Source: a virus. From it: DNA of 64,000 nt. The stretch lies in the IMG/VR virus record IMGVR_UViG_3300025133_009393; one strand, written 5' to 3'. The notes below the pieces were generated by a model that was given only the letters and a program-made list of their open reading frames with translations, had not been told where the DNA came from and ran no database searches. Shown here one piece after another: positions 17,880 through 27,425 of the stretch. Each line of letters starts with the position of its first letter. Positions within the stretch are counted from its first letter, which is position 1. The position numbers and the translations under genes were made by a program.

Positions 17880-18395
17880 TTAAAATCTTCTTTGACGTGT
17901 TTTTTTGGTTTTCGGCCCATCTTCTTCTTTATGATAGACTCTAGTTTTCATCAACCGATCAACCCAATCAGTTGTAACTCCCCAATTAGCATCTTGATTT
18001 TTTCCCATATGGTGATCATAGTGCCACCTTAAAAAGATCTTTCCCCATATAGGCTGTAAGTGTGCATATTTATGAATCTTATAATACCTCACGGCTGTGA
18101 ATATTAAAGTTATAAAAAACAAAGGCGCATAATATGCCAAAGGGCTGTGTATGGCTACTAATAAAAATAAACCAATCTTCTCTCTCAAAGGCGGACCCTG
18201 TATCCCATCTAGATAGTCCTCATCATAGTTGCCATATTTTCTACAATTTTTGTGATGTGCATGCCAATGAAAGGACCAAAAGCTTCTTCTTTTCTTTCCC
18301 AAGCCATGTAAAATATATTTATGAATAACCCATTCTGCTACCTGCGAATATATGATAGCAAGAGGTATAGATAATATATGAAAGAGATAGCTCAT
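17880..18395 (-). CDS. Fatty acid hydroxylase / sterol desaturase family membrane di-metal enzyme (AMG)
   Basis: His boxes EWVIHKYILHG, HWHAHH, HKYAH and WHYDHH, then NWGVT..WVDRL.KT, with TM segments. Confidence 0.88.
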   Translation of the reverse strand: MSYLFHILSIPLAIIYSQVAEWVIHKYILHGLGKKRRSFWSFHWHAHHKNCRKYGNYDEDYLDGIQGPPLREKIGLFLLVAIHSPLAYYAPLFFITLIFTAVRYYKIHKYAHLQPIWGKIFLRWHYDHHMGKNQDANWGVTTDWVDRLMKTRVYHKEEDGPKTKKTRQRRF

Positions 18396-19009
18396 CTTGG
18401 CTCTTGAGGTTTTAGCTCTTGAGGTATAATTAAATCTTTTTCTTGGCCCTGGAGTGAATAGCCAACAGACATGCTACCCCAGCGCGCTCCGGAGACGTCT
18501 CTAACAAATTCAGCCAATTCCATAATTTTATCAAAGATTTGAGGCTTAGATATCAGTATGCTTTTTGGAGCATGCTCTAATATATATTCAGCCATGTTCA
18601 TAGTAGATTTCCACAAATCTTCTGCAATCCGATACTCAACTTCTCTCAACCCTATCTGTGAATTATTCTTCATGAAGGTGCGCAGTACATAAATCAGATT
18701 CAACAGCTCTTTATCTAGTTGAAAAGCTTTTGAAGAATTGTGCAGGAGACTCAACTTTTCGAAAATAATATTTAAAGCTTTGCTGATGTAACTCCAGTTG
18801 GGAAAATCATCACCCTCTGTAGAAGATTTTGAAGAAGCTACTCCTTTGCCGAATCGAAGACTCTGCGGAGGATCCATATAGGCGCCTCGCTCTGCTGCAT
18901 GCGTAGCGTAATCTGCTTCTTTAAAAACATCAGTATTAAGCTCAATGCCAGTGAGGCCGGCAAGTTCTTCTAGAATGATCTTTTTTAATTGTGCTTTGGT
19001 AATCTTCAT
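18392..19009 (-). CDS. 'MKITK...IILEE' leader protein, putative internal head protein
   Basis: Likely true start at 19009 (MKITKAQLKKIILEEL), with the same leader as 6069..6743. Confidence 0.65.
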   Translation of the reverse strand: MKITKAQLKKIILEELAGLTGIELNTDVFKEADYATHAAERGAYMDPPQSLRFGKGVASSKSSTEGDDFPNWSYISKALNIIFEKLSLLHNSSKAFQLDKELLNLIYVLRTFMKNNSQIGLREVEYRIAEDLWKSTMNMAEYILEHAPKSILISKPQIFDKIMELAEFVRDVSGARWGSMSVGYSLQGQEKDLIIPQELKPQEPR

Positions 19010-19023
19010 ATGTAGACGTAATG

Positions 19024-19045
19024 AAAAACGCCGATCTTGTCGGCG
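19024..19045 (-). terminator. Intrinsic terminator after primase
   Basis: Minus strand reads CGCCGA-CAAGA-TCGGCG followed by TTTTT. Confidence 0.7.
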
Positions 19046-19085
19046 CAAAAAGTCATCACCCCCTTTATTTTTTTCATTTAAGAGA

Positions 19086-20024
19086 TTAGATTTTCATAAT
19101 CTCTTTCAATAAATAGTTGTCTTTGTTCATAAGTTCTGCTTTCTTTTTTCTTTTTGTATACTCTTCTTTGGACATTTCTCCAACGTCTGTATATGGAGAG
19201 ATATTCACTTTATATACTTCTATGCCATAGTCCAACAAGCTATTGATTAAACGCATCGCTTTCTTTTCGGCGTCAGAATCTAAAGCTATGTAGACTGGAG
19301 TATCATTTTGAACAATCTCCATGAACAATTTGGAATCTTCGCGAAGCGTTGATCCCAGCAAAGGAGCCGCATTTGGGCCGGCGGCGACTGCGTCGAAGGC
19401 GCCTTCAACAATAGACAGCTCCTCGTCAAAGTTTAAAAATAGATGATTGAAGATAATATCTCTACTTATAGGAGGGTTGAAATATTTCCTCCAATCATCT
19501 GTGTATGTCCTGGCGGTAAAATAATTACAGTACCCAGACATATTAAAAGAAGGTATTATGATCCTTCCGGCATATTGTCCGGAGCTGCAATAGCCGATCT
19601 TCCAGCGTACTATATCTTCTTTAGTAATCCCTCTTTGCTTGAGATAGTTTCTTGCATATAGAGAATTGTACGGCAAGTCTTTATTGACTAGTGAAATAAA
19701 TTCTTCTGGTAAATCAATTTTTTGCTCTATCGGCTCTTCCTTTCGAAAGAGCATCTTCTCCTCAAAAGACGTTATTTCAACTTGTTCAGTTAACTTATCC
19801 CATTCAGATCTGTGCTTGAAATTTCCAAAACGACGGACGAGTCGGCGCAACGTTCTTCCAGTATAATCGCATATCCAACATTTATAAACATCTTTTGCAA
19901 TATTTACTGATAACTTCTTCTTATGGTGATCACACTTAGGGCAAAAAAACAGGTGCTCATCATTAACTCTATAGCATGAACCCAACAGTTCTCTTAAGAT
20001 TGAGAGCTTTTTCCCTTCAGACAT
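19086..20024 (-). CDS. DNA primase (Zn-finger + TOPRIM, gp61-like)
   Basis: CPKCDH...CWIC, GRIIIPS, IVEGAFDA and ALDSDA motifs. Confidence 0.92.
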   Translation of the reverse strand: MSEGKKLSILRELLGSCYRVNDEHLFFCPKCDHHKKKLSVNIAKDVYKCWICDYTGRTLRRLVRRFGNFKHRSEWDKLTEQVEITSFEEKMLFRKEEPIEQKIDLPEEFISLVNKDLPYNSLYARNYLKQRGITKEDIVRWKIGYCSSGQYAGRIIIPSFNMSGYCNYFTARTYTDDWRKYFNPPISRDIIFNHLFLNFDEELSIVEGAFDAVAAGPNAAPLLGSTLREDSKLFMEIVQNDTPVYIALDSDAEKKAMRLINSLLDYGIEVYKVNISPYTDVGEMSKEEYTKRKKKAELMNKDNYLLKEIMKI

Positions 20025-20533
20025 TCATACCCTGCTCTTGCAACTACCCAACTATCAGCCATATCATAGCATCCAGGTTTTGGATTTCCTTGCTTAGTAT
20101 AACTTATAAGAACATCAGGTACATTGTCAATCACATATTTTATAACTACTTGTTTTGCTTTAGAACCTTTCGGTATTGTAATGCCACACTTTTTTCTTGC
20201 AGAAGTAGCTGCGATATATTCCGGTTCTAATTTAAATATTTCATAACATAACCACGAAATTATTCCATTAAAGCGGGAAAGAGTAGACAAAGTTTTTGCC
20301 GATGAAAAACCACTTCGAAAGCTTTGCAAGGATTGTTCAATATAAATTGAAGAAATAGAATAATGATCATCGATTTCCCATAACAAGTTTTTAATTTCCT
20401 GCCCCTTGTGAAAAAGGCTGGGGAAGTGATTTTTATTTCGTGTGTCCCAAGCTTCGCAAAAAAGAATCTTGCCCTCTTTGTCAAGAACTGTTGCGCCAGT
20501 TATACTTGTACTGATATCTAAGCCTAAAATCAT
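19994..20533 (-). CDS. RuvC-like Holliday junction resolvase
   Basis: Likely start MILGLDISTSITG at 20533; IYIEQ, TL.RFNG, SARK and DMADS motifs. Confidence 0.88.
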   Translation of the reverse strand: MILGLDISTSITGATVLDKEGKILFCEAWDTRNKNHFPSLFHKGQEIKNLLWEIDDHYSISSIYIEQSLQSFRSGFSSAKTLSTLSRFNGIISWLCYEIFKLEPEYIAATSARKKCGITIPKGSKAKQVVIKYVIDNVPDVLISYTKQGNPKPGCYDMADSWVVARAGYECLKGKSSQS

Positions 20534-20631
20534 TTGGACATCATATAAATTCCCAACACCAACAAAACTGGAATTCCTATAGTTATACCCGCATGTACTG
20601 CCCAAAGCTGCAGCTGTTCCTTACTCTTCAT
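20530..20631 (-). CDS. Putative 33-aa single-pass membrane peptide MKSKEQLQLWAVHAGITIGIPVLLVLGIYMMSK
   Basis: GGAGG SD upstream, and its TGA overlaps the RuvC ATG (ATGA coupling). Not in the ORF track. Confidence 0.6.
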   Translation of the reverse strand: MKSKEQLQLWAVHAGITIGIPVLLVLGIYMMSK

Positions 20632-20657
20632 ATCATCAAACCTCCACCAAAACTATA

Positions 20658-21863
20658 TCATATATCGAGCTTGAGTTTAAATGTATATTCGTCGTCTTCT
20701 CTTTTTCGGATAGGGGTTGCCAGCTTTGCAATTGCAATTAAGTTTCTGTTTTTATCATATATCCCAACCTTTGAAATATACGTCTGCTTCAAGAAACTGG
20801 CAGAATGTTTTGAATAATTACTCTTAACCGTATTTTTAATAGTCAATTCTGGATTTTCAATATAAGTGTCAGTAGGAATCGGACCCCATGTAAAAGCCGA
20901 AGCTTGGGAGCCGGTTGTAGTAAGTTGTATATCTTGGTTGTGATCTAAAAATGTTGGATTGTTCGAATGATTCAGTTCGCCCTTTTTCGCATGAGCTAAC
21001 ATTGTAAGGGTTGGCGTATATGTCGTACCTTCAAACATCATATCGTAACTTGCTGAAACTAGAGGATTTGTCGTATCAGTGGATCCAGTTGAGAAATAAT
21101 TTAACCAGCTAGCTGCAAAAGTTCCGGAAGGAGCGACGTCGCCCTCATAATAAGCCCGATGTCCGCTGGCAAGATCATCACTTCCTGTTAATATTATGAA
21201 ACCCTCATTATAAAGTACTATTCCGGCGCACTTTCCGATATGTGAAGAATTGTATGTTTCCAGCAGTTCTCCATTTCTTCTCTCATCTTCTAGTCGACCA
21301 ACTAAAGTACCAGTAATATAATAATTTAATTGAAGACTTCCCTTGCGTATTGAAGAACCATAGAAAATAGAAGGTATGCTTATTAAAGATAGTTGCACAC
21401 TATCAAAATCACGACTAGGATATACAGATGAGGAAAAAGCAAAATGAGGACTTTGGCATCTATAAAAATCAATAGTTGATTTAAGAGCATCTACTCTTCT
21501 GCGCGGACTACCTGTTGGCTCATATTTCCTGCTCATAGAAGCAGTTAGCGGATAAGAGCCAGACAAGCTATCTCCATAATTAAAATCTGTATTTACGCTA
21601 GTGGCAGAAATTGTTTTAAAACTGGTTAAGCTGCCTTCTTTTGTAATAAATGGAAAAACTAACCCGTGATCTGCCTCGGTTCTATTTACATTTATTTCGT
21701 AAAGATTTATATGACCATCGGGCGTATTTGAATTTTGTTTGCTCTGTTGAATATCGTTATAATATGCGTTATGAAGAGCGCTAAAAACAGTAAATTTTAC
21801 TTTAGGATATGCTTTTACTTGGTTGTAGAAAATATCATTTTTTCCAAATTTATAATACGACAT
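20658..21863 (-). CDS. Baseplate/fibre-attachment protein with a DUF3751-like C-terminal half
   Basis: C-terminus YISKVGIYDKNRNLIAIAKLATPIRK..FKLKLDI; paralogue of 21879..23078. Confidence 0.7.
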   Translation of the reverse strand: MSYYKFGKNDIFYNQVKAYPKVKFTVFSALHNAYYNDIQQSKQNSNTPDGHINLYEINVNRTEADHGLVFPFITKEGSLTSFKTISATSVNTDFNYGDSLSGSYPLTASMSRKYEPTGSPRRRVDALKSTIDFYRCQSPHFAFSSSVYPSRDFDSVQLSLISIPSIFYGSSIRKGSLQLNYYITGTLVGRLEDERRNGELLETYNSSHIGKCAGIVLYNEGFIILTGSDDLASGHRAYYEGDVAPSGTFAASWLNYFSTGSTDTTNPLVSASYDMMFEGTTYTPTLTMLAHAKKGELNHSNNPTFLDHNQDIQLTTTGSQASAFTWGPIPTDTYIENPELTIKNTVKSNYSKHSASFLKQTYISKVGIYDKNRNLIAIAKLATPIRKREDDEYTFKLKLDI

Positions 21864-21878
21864 GACATTATCTTTTTC

Positions 21879-23078
21879 CTAGTAATCCAATCGGACACGT
21901 AAAGTAAATTCTGTTGTAGGATCTTTCTTAAGCGGCTCTGAAAGTTTTGCAACTGCCAGCAGCTCATTGTCTGCGGAATAGAGCCCTACAGTGGTAATAT
22001 AAGACACCGGTGTGTCAGTAGATACATTTTTAACTCTCAGTTTGCTACCTGAAATGTAAGTAGGATTTGAGCTATAGTTGTACTCGTTATGGTGCGCTCG
22101 GCAATAATAGATCGTCGAGTTTAATTCGGTAGTATTGTTGAATTGAACATTTGCAATCCTTCTTCTTAAAGAATTGGAAATGCCATTAATAGTTGAACCA
22201 GTTATATAATGATATACAGATGTATTTTGATGTTCTGTGCCATCTTCAGTAATGCCAAATTGATAATCGTCACCGTCACTCCATAAAGCAGGGGCGCCGC
22301 CGGCCTCAGCCATGGAGCCGGCTGCGGAACCAAAGACAGAGGCTGTAATAACAGCAATCCCGGCTTGATAATAGACATGGCCCAATGCAGTGGCTGGGTT
22401 GGCGCCAGAGCCAGTTAAGAGCAAGCCATATTCGCCTGCAGGAGAATTGACAAAATAACTATTCTGCGCGCCGTGATCAGTAAGATCTAACAATCCGCCG
22501 TCAGAAGCAGCATGGCCGTTCGCGAAGTCGCCGTCGGCCTCGTAGTTAAGGAGGGTGCGCGAGCCGCCGGCCTCGTCTCGTTTGCCAACGCCTATCTCTT
22601 CATTCAAGCCACCGGTCATAAATGATATTGTAAAGCTTCCTTTTTTAATTTCGTCTTTGTTAAGGAGTCTAGAAAATGACACAAAGAAACATTGATGGAA
22701 TTTTCGGTTGGTTGCGTCTTCCGAATCTGGAGCAGCATTGCCATCTTGATCGAACGTTCTTATTCCGCCGGTTACGTCGTGGCCAACCAATACTTGAGCC
22801 ATCTGATTGTAAATATTTAATTTTTTAGAATTTTGCTTGTAAGTCTCATCTTCCACTGCCGATGAGTGTCCAAAAGAAATATCAAACAAATGATTAGCAG
22901 AAGAGCTTAAATACGGATAATCATAGACACTCTGGAACATTCCATGTGAATATGTCTTGATATTCCTATCTTCATAAGTTCCCGATACTAGTGCTCCAGT
23001 AATCGGTATTGCTTCGTGAAGAAGCGTTCTAGTTGATGTAACGTCATTGTTGGTTAAAGATTTAAATGATGATGCCAT
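21879..23078 (-). CDS. Baseplate/fibre-attachment protein with a DUF3751-like C-terminal half
   Basis: EYNYSSNPTY...YITTVGLYSADNELLAVAKLSEPLKK..LRVRLDY. Confidence 0.7.
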   Translation of the reverse strand: MASSFKSLTNNDVTSTRTLLHEAIPITGALVSGTYEDRNIKTYSHGMFQSVYDYPYLSSSANHLFDISFGHSSAVEDETYKQNSKKLNIYNQMAQVLVGHDVTGGIRTFDQDGNAAPDSEDATNRKFHQCFFVSFSRLLNKDEIKKGSFTISFMTGGLNEEIGVGKRDEAGGSRTLLNYEADGDFANGHAASDGGLLDLTDHGAQNSYFVNSPAGEYGLLLTGSGANPATALGHVYYQAGIAVITASVFGSAAGSMAEAGGAPALWSDGDDYQFGITEDGTEHQNTSVYHYITGSTINGISNSLRRRIANVQFNNTTELNSTIYYCRAHHNEYNYSSNPTYISGSKLRVKNVSTDTPVSYITTVGLYSADNELLAVAKLSEPLKKDPTTEFTLRVRLDY

Positions 23079-23095
23079 TTGTTAATTCCTATTTT

Positions 23096-24076
23096 TTAAG
23101 ATGATGGTTTCTTGATGTATCTGATTGGGATATCTATTTTATAGCCGGTTGTTACACCAGTTAAACGTAAATTGGTGTCAATATATTGCAAGGTGGTCCC
23201 CATTCCCATGCTATCGGCAGTGTCGACAGAACCAAACTTGTTAAATAAGTGAGTCGACGTTTGTAATTCTAACTTAGCACGCACTCCGCACTGAAAATAA
23301 CTGCCCCTAGGACCTCTAATGACTTGATCGGGGCCGCCAGGCTGCGAAGTGTCGCGCTGACCAACGACGCCGATAGACTCATTGTTTTTTACAAAATCTG
23401 CTGATGCATCAGAAAGATAATAACTAGCAACGTTGTCATCGTCCAAGAACGAATAGGTCTGTGTATTGCCAACATTCTCACCTTCTCCGCCAGTACACAA
23501 ACGGCCCAGCCTATCGTCCATTTCGACCATATACTGAGTTTCATATAAATCTTGATCAATTTGAAAGCCGGGGGAGATCTCAGGAGTATCTAATCCCTGA
23601 TCAACGCGTATATATCCGCCTTGATAGGTTTGTGTATCAGCAGTGCCATTTAAGACTCCGTTCGGAAGATCTTGGCCAGTATTGGTCGCGGTGGCGGCTA
23701 CTAAAGTAGTAGTATCTACTGCAACCAAAAACATATCACTAATTGTGCCGAAATCGGCGCGCTTGTTGCTGGTCTTATTTAATTTTAGAATAGGCAAATA
23801 CAATAAATTTGTTCTTGAAATTGTTATCAGTCTAGATTTCATCAAAGACGTATTGTTTGTAAATGCCTCCAGAACAGGAGTTTGTAAAATTTCTAAGTCA
23901 AAGTAAGCGGATCCGGATAGATGATTCTTATTATAGTTGGTATAATTAATCTCATCATCACCTAGGGCGAATTTTGTGATTTTAAAGCTGCCATCGCCGC
24001 GTGCCAACCTAAAGCGTCCTGTATCTGTCAATACAGCGTCTAAGATAATATCTCCAGAATTGTCTAGAAAAGCCAT
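23096..24076 (-). CDS. Baseplate protein with a DUF3751-like N-terminal half
   Basis: DAVLTDTGRFRLARG..FKITKFALGDDEINY; AGGAG SD. Confidence 0.7.
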   Translation of the reverse strand: MAFLDNSGDIILDAVLTDTGRFRLARGDGSFKITKFALGDDEINYTNYNKNHLSGSAYFDLEILQTPVLEAFTNNTSLMKSRLITISRTNLLYLPILKLNKTSNKRADFGTISDMFLVAVDTTTLVAATATNTGQDLPNGVLNGTADTQTYQGGYIRVDQGLDTPEISPGFQIDQDLYETQYMVEMDDRLGRLCTGGEGENVGNTQTYSFLDDDNVASYYLSDASADFVKNNESIGVVGQRDTSQPGGPDQVIRGPRGSYFQCGVRAKLELQTSTHLFNKFGSVDTADSMGMGTTLQYIDTNLRLTGVTTGYKIDIPIRYIKKPSS

Positions 24077-24098
24077 TTATTTTCTCCTATTTTCTTTA

Positions 24099-24105
24099 TA
24101 AATAG
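24099..24105 (-). promoter_or_regulatory. Putative late-promoter motif CTATTTA (ACTATTTATA)
   Basis: Lies 23 nt upstream of the 24076 start. Confidence 0.6.
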
Positions 24106-24170
24106 TATTATGGATTATAATCTACTTCTAAAAGTATTTAAAGTAATTACTATTTTATGTATTTTTTTAT

Positions 24171-27100
24171 TCATTCAATCAAAGGTTTTTCATGTTTGTG
24201 CTTAAATTGAAAATTAACATCAAGTCTTCTTCCGGTAGTCTTCGATGTAATCCTTAGTTTAAATTTCTTATTACTCATAGCAGAGCCGCTGATATCTTGC
24301 TGCGCAAACAAAGAATTTTCAGTCACACCTAATACCGGTTGAACCAAATTTAAATTTAAGGTTGGATTTTCTTTCGATCCAGGAAATTTTGAAACAGTTT
24401 CGTTAAGCTCTGCCTGATCGGCAGCCGGTCTTATAAGAAGATACTTTCTCATCCCTCTGGCATAATTATCTCTTGTTGGTTTTGGAAAATTATATAACTT
24501 TATCATTGGTAAAACCGCAACACGATGTGTGTCGGCGCCATCTTCAAGAGTAACTAATTCTATCTCATAGACCACCGAAGGGTTAGAAATATTTCCCCTG
24601 GAATCTATACTCCTAAACATATAATAATATTTTCGATTTGGATTGATTAAATCTGTAAACTGCTTTGTTGAAGTTGTAAATATTTTCTTTCCTTGAAAAT
24701 CTTTATATGTTCTAGGCGGATTTACTGTTCTAAAAACCTGGAATGAAACTAAAGAGTTGTCAGAATTAAATGTAATCGCTTCTCCAGCTCCCACAGATTG
24801 TGCCAAGCGTTGAATGTCATAATATTCTTGATCTCCGTCTTCTATAACAACCGGCAAAACAGTTTCTTTTCCTACCGAACCTTCGAAAAAGAATGTAATT
24901 TTATCTTTTGTCGCTCGATAAGGAATAACGTTAACCTGTGGCGGCAAAGGAGGGCGGTCCAAAACCATAGAATGGCCGCCGGGATCTACATTAAAATGTG
25001 GTAACTCTATTAATTTTAACGTCGGCTTCATCATGACGTCAAATTTAAGAGACATTACTGCGTCTGGCCATTGTGGAACAGCTTCTGGATTTTCAAGAGG
25101 AGGCGCGGGGAATTCTAGATTTTCCTGTGCTGGCGCGCCAGTGGGAGAGGCCTGAGAGGGAAGGTTAAGTCCGCCGCCAGTGGAGTCTAAAGAGCTACCA
25201 TAGTTAGCGGGTACGGACATACCTCCGGCAATGGGCCCTGCGGGATTTCCGAATCCAGCGCCGGCTTGACTTTCGATCGGATCTGCGCTTAAGGGATCCG
25301 ATTGGCCGTAGGCCGGCGGTGGGCTGCATTCACTAACCAAAGCACCGTATTGGCCATATGTTGGGTTGCCCGACGCGTCATAGCCAGCGAACACCATTGA
25401 TGAATTATCTTCGCACAATTCCGGAGTTGCAACAGGGAGTGGCGTAGACGGCTCATGCAACATAGGTAAATTTGCACCCCCAGACCAAACATTCCAATAG
25501 CTATATTGTGTACCAACAACTGCATAATATGCGTATACGCGGTATCGATAAAATACACCATATTTTACTTGAGTGTCAATTATATTAGCAATATCTGTCT
25601 TGTTCGTGTTTGGCACATAAATGTTTTGACAAAATTCATAACTCTCTGTAACTGTGTTGAATTTGCTTTTTTCTATACGATAAAGTACTATTTCTGCATC
25701 GGCATGTTCTCCGTTTAATACCTCTTCATAAGTTCTGGCGCGATTTGAGATGTACTCTTGCATCTTATTTTTAAAAACAGCCAGCAAAATTGTTTTTACA
25801 ATCGAAGAAGACGGATCAGAAAAATCTAGCTCATTGGTGCTAAAAAATACAGTATGATTATCTGCTTCCTTGTTGATATAATCTTCTCCCATTACCTGAT
25901 ATGCATTTGCAATTTTTTCCAAATCCCAAGTTTTTCTTATTGTCTCTTTGAAGACTTGCTTTTTTCTCAACTCTGAATCTTGTGTGGGGCTCTCTTCGAT
26001 AGTGTAACGATCAGATAATTCGACAAACTGTTTTGATTTTATACCAAACATAGTACCATAATTGTCAGCATCCGGAATATCAACGTCCGTTACCTCAATA
26101 ACTTTTTCAATTATTGCCGGCATTAAATAAGATTCATTAAGAAGATTGGTTAAGTCCACGTCTCTATCGGTCTTAAAAACTATGTTAGTTGACATCGGAA
26201 AAGAAGATTTATACTCAGTAAACTCACGCATCATATCTACTGTCGACTCTGCAAAAACTATATTTTCATATGCAGAAGACTGTTTTAAAACATTCTTAGA
26301 TATACCATCTTCATTGCCTAAATCTCCCAATATAGAAGAAAGAACATAAGAATAAACATTATAATATTTTTCGCGGTCCATTGTATGAAGCGCTGTTTTT
26401 AAGTCCACTTCAGGAAATATTTTTTCTCCTTTATGGTTTGTTGCTATTTGCATCTCGCTACCAAGAGTAATATTGGAAATAAGATGACTAAGTTTGTTTG
26501 TAAAAGTTGAAGGCTCGTCTTCTTTTTCTGACAAAAGCAAAAATGAATATAAATTTGGCAAAGTACATTCTTGTACTTCCGAGGATTCTATAGTATCAAT
26601 ATATTTATCAAAAGAAAAATTAGGTGAATAATAGGTCTTTATATCAGCAGATATTGCGCCTGGTCCAGAATTCATTTTTTCTAACTCAATATTGGAAAAA
26701 GGAGCAGTAGCTATAAAAGAATTGCTCTCGTAAATATAGTGACCATTTTGTGTCGACTCTTTAATAATTCCCGGGTGGTCTCCAGTTCCATAGACATATC
26801 CTCTCCATTCGTCAATTGCACTATATATTTCACTAAATCTTGTGTTACCAACATCCAACTCTACAGAAACTGAGTATAGCTTTGCTCCATTATCTTTGGC
26901 TAATTTTGTAGCTACCGGGTAGGCAGCTTTTTGGCTCTCTGCTGATTCACCATGCTGTGTGATAGTCATTGGAAGACTTCCATACATTGCGCGCGCAATT
27001 TTCATACCGCCGTCGCCTGCATTGTCTATATCAATAACTTGATTTAGATTGTATTTGAGACGATGAGCGTACCAAAATCTAGTCCACAAGCCAATTTCAT

Positions 27101-27410
27101 GACCATAGATCAATTCGCCCGGGGTCGTTGGATCAGTATTCTTTGACGGATCTATTGGAATTCCTGGTGATTCTCCGGGAACAATCAAGTCCCAATATTT
27201 CCCCATCTCTATCCTAAATCTATCTCTAGAGTTATATTCATTTCCCCAAATACCAAAACTCATTCCGTAAAACGAGCCATTAGGCCTAGGGTTGTCTGAA
27301 TTTATATCGCCATATATATTATTGTCAATCACAAGTGTCGTTTTTCCAACACCAGAAGCGTGATTTTTTGGTAAATATATAGATGAATTTTCTTTGCTTT
27401 CTTTTGGCAT
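24171..27410 (-). CDS. Large virion protein with Fn3/Ig-like segments
   Basis: Two Fn3-like motifs (IDTQVKYGVFYRYRVYAY and FTDLINPNRKYYYMFRSID..GNISNPS) and a Pro/Gly-rich insert. Located in the baseplate cluster. Confidence 0.6.
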   Translation of the reverse strand: MPKESKENSSIYLPKNHASGVGKTTLVIDNNIYGDINSDNPRPNGSFYGMSFGIWGNEYNSRDRFRIEMGKYWDLIVPGESPGIPIDPSKNTDPTTPGELIYGHEIGLWTRFWYAHRLKYNLNQVIDIDNAGDGGMKIARAMYGSLPMTITQHGESAESQKAAYPVATKLAKDNGAKLYSVSVELDVGNTRFSEIYSAIDEWRGYVYGTGDHPGIIKESTQNGHYIYESNSFIATAPFSNIELEKMNSGPGAISADIKTYYSPNFSFDKYIDTIESSEVQECTLPNLYSFLLLSEKEDEPSTFTNKLSHLISNITLGSEMQIATNHKGEKIFPEVDLKTALHTMDREKYYNVYSYVLSSILGDLGNEDGISKNVLKQSSAYENIVFAESTVDMMREFTEYKSSFPMSTNIVFKTDRDVDLTNLLNESYLMPAIIEKVIEVTDVDIPDADNYGTMFGIKSKQFVELSDRYTIEESPTQDSELRKKQVFKETIRKTWDLEKIANAYQVMGEDYINKEADNHTVFFSTNELDFSDPSSSIVKTILLAVFKNKMQEYISNRARTYEEVLNGEHADAEIVLYRIEKSKFNTVTESYEFCQNIYVPNTNKTDIANIIDTQVKYGVFYRYRVYAYYAVVGTQYSYWNVWSGGANLPMLHEPSTPLPVATPELCEDNSSMVFAGYDASGNPTYGQYGALVSECSPPPAYGQSDPLSADPIESQAGAGFGNPAGPIAGGMSVPANYGSSLDSTGGGLNLPSQASPTGAPAQENLEFPAPPLENPEAVPQWPDAVMSLKFDVMMKPTLKLIELPHFNVDPGGHSMVLDRPPLPPQVNVIPYRATKDKITFFFEGSVGKETVLPVVIEDGDQEYYDIQRLAQSVGAGEAITFNSDNSLVSFQVFRTVNPPRTYKDFQGKKIFTTSTKQFTDLINPNRKYYYMFRSIDSRGNISNPSVVYEIELVTLEDGADTHRVAVLPMIKLYNFPKPTRDNYARGMRKYLLIRPAADQAELNETVSKFPGSKENPTLNLNLVQPVLGVTENSLFAQQDISGSAMSNKKFKLRITSKTTGRRLDVNFQFKHKHEKPLIE

Positions 27411-27425
27411 AATATATTTCTCTTT

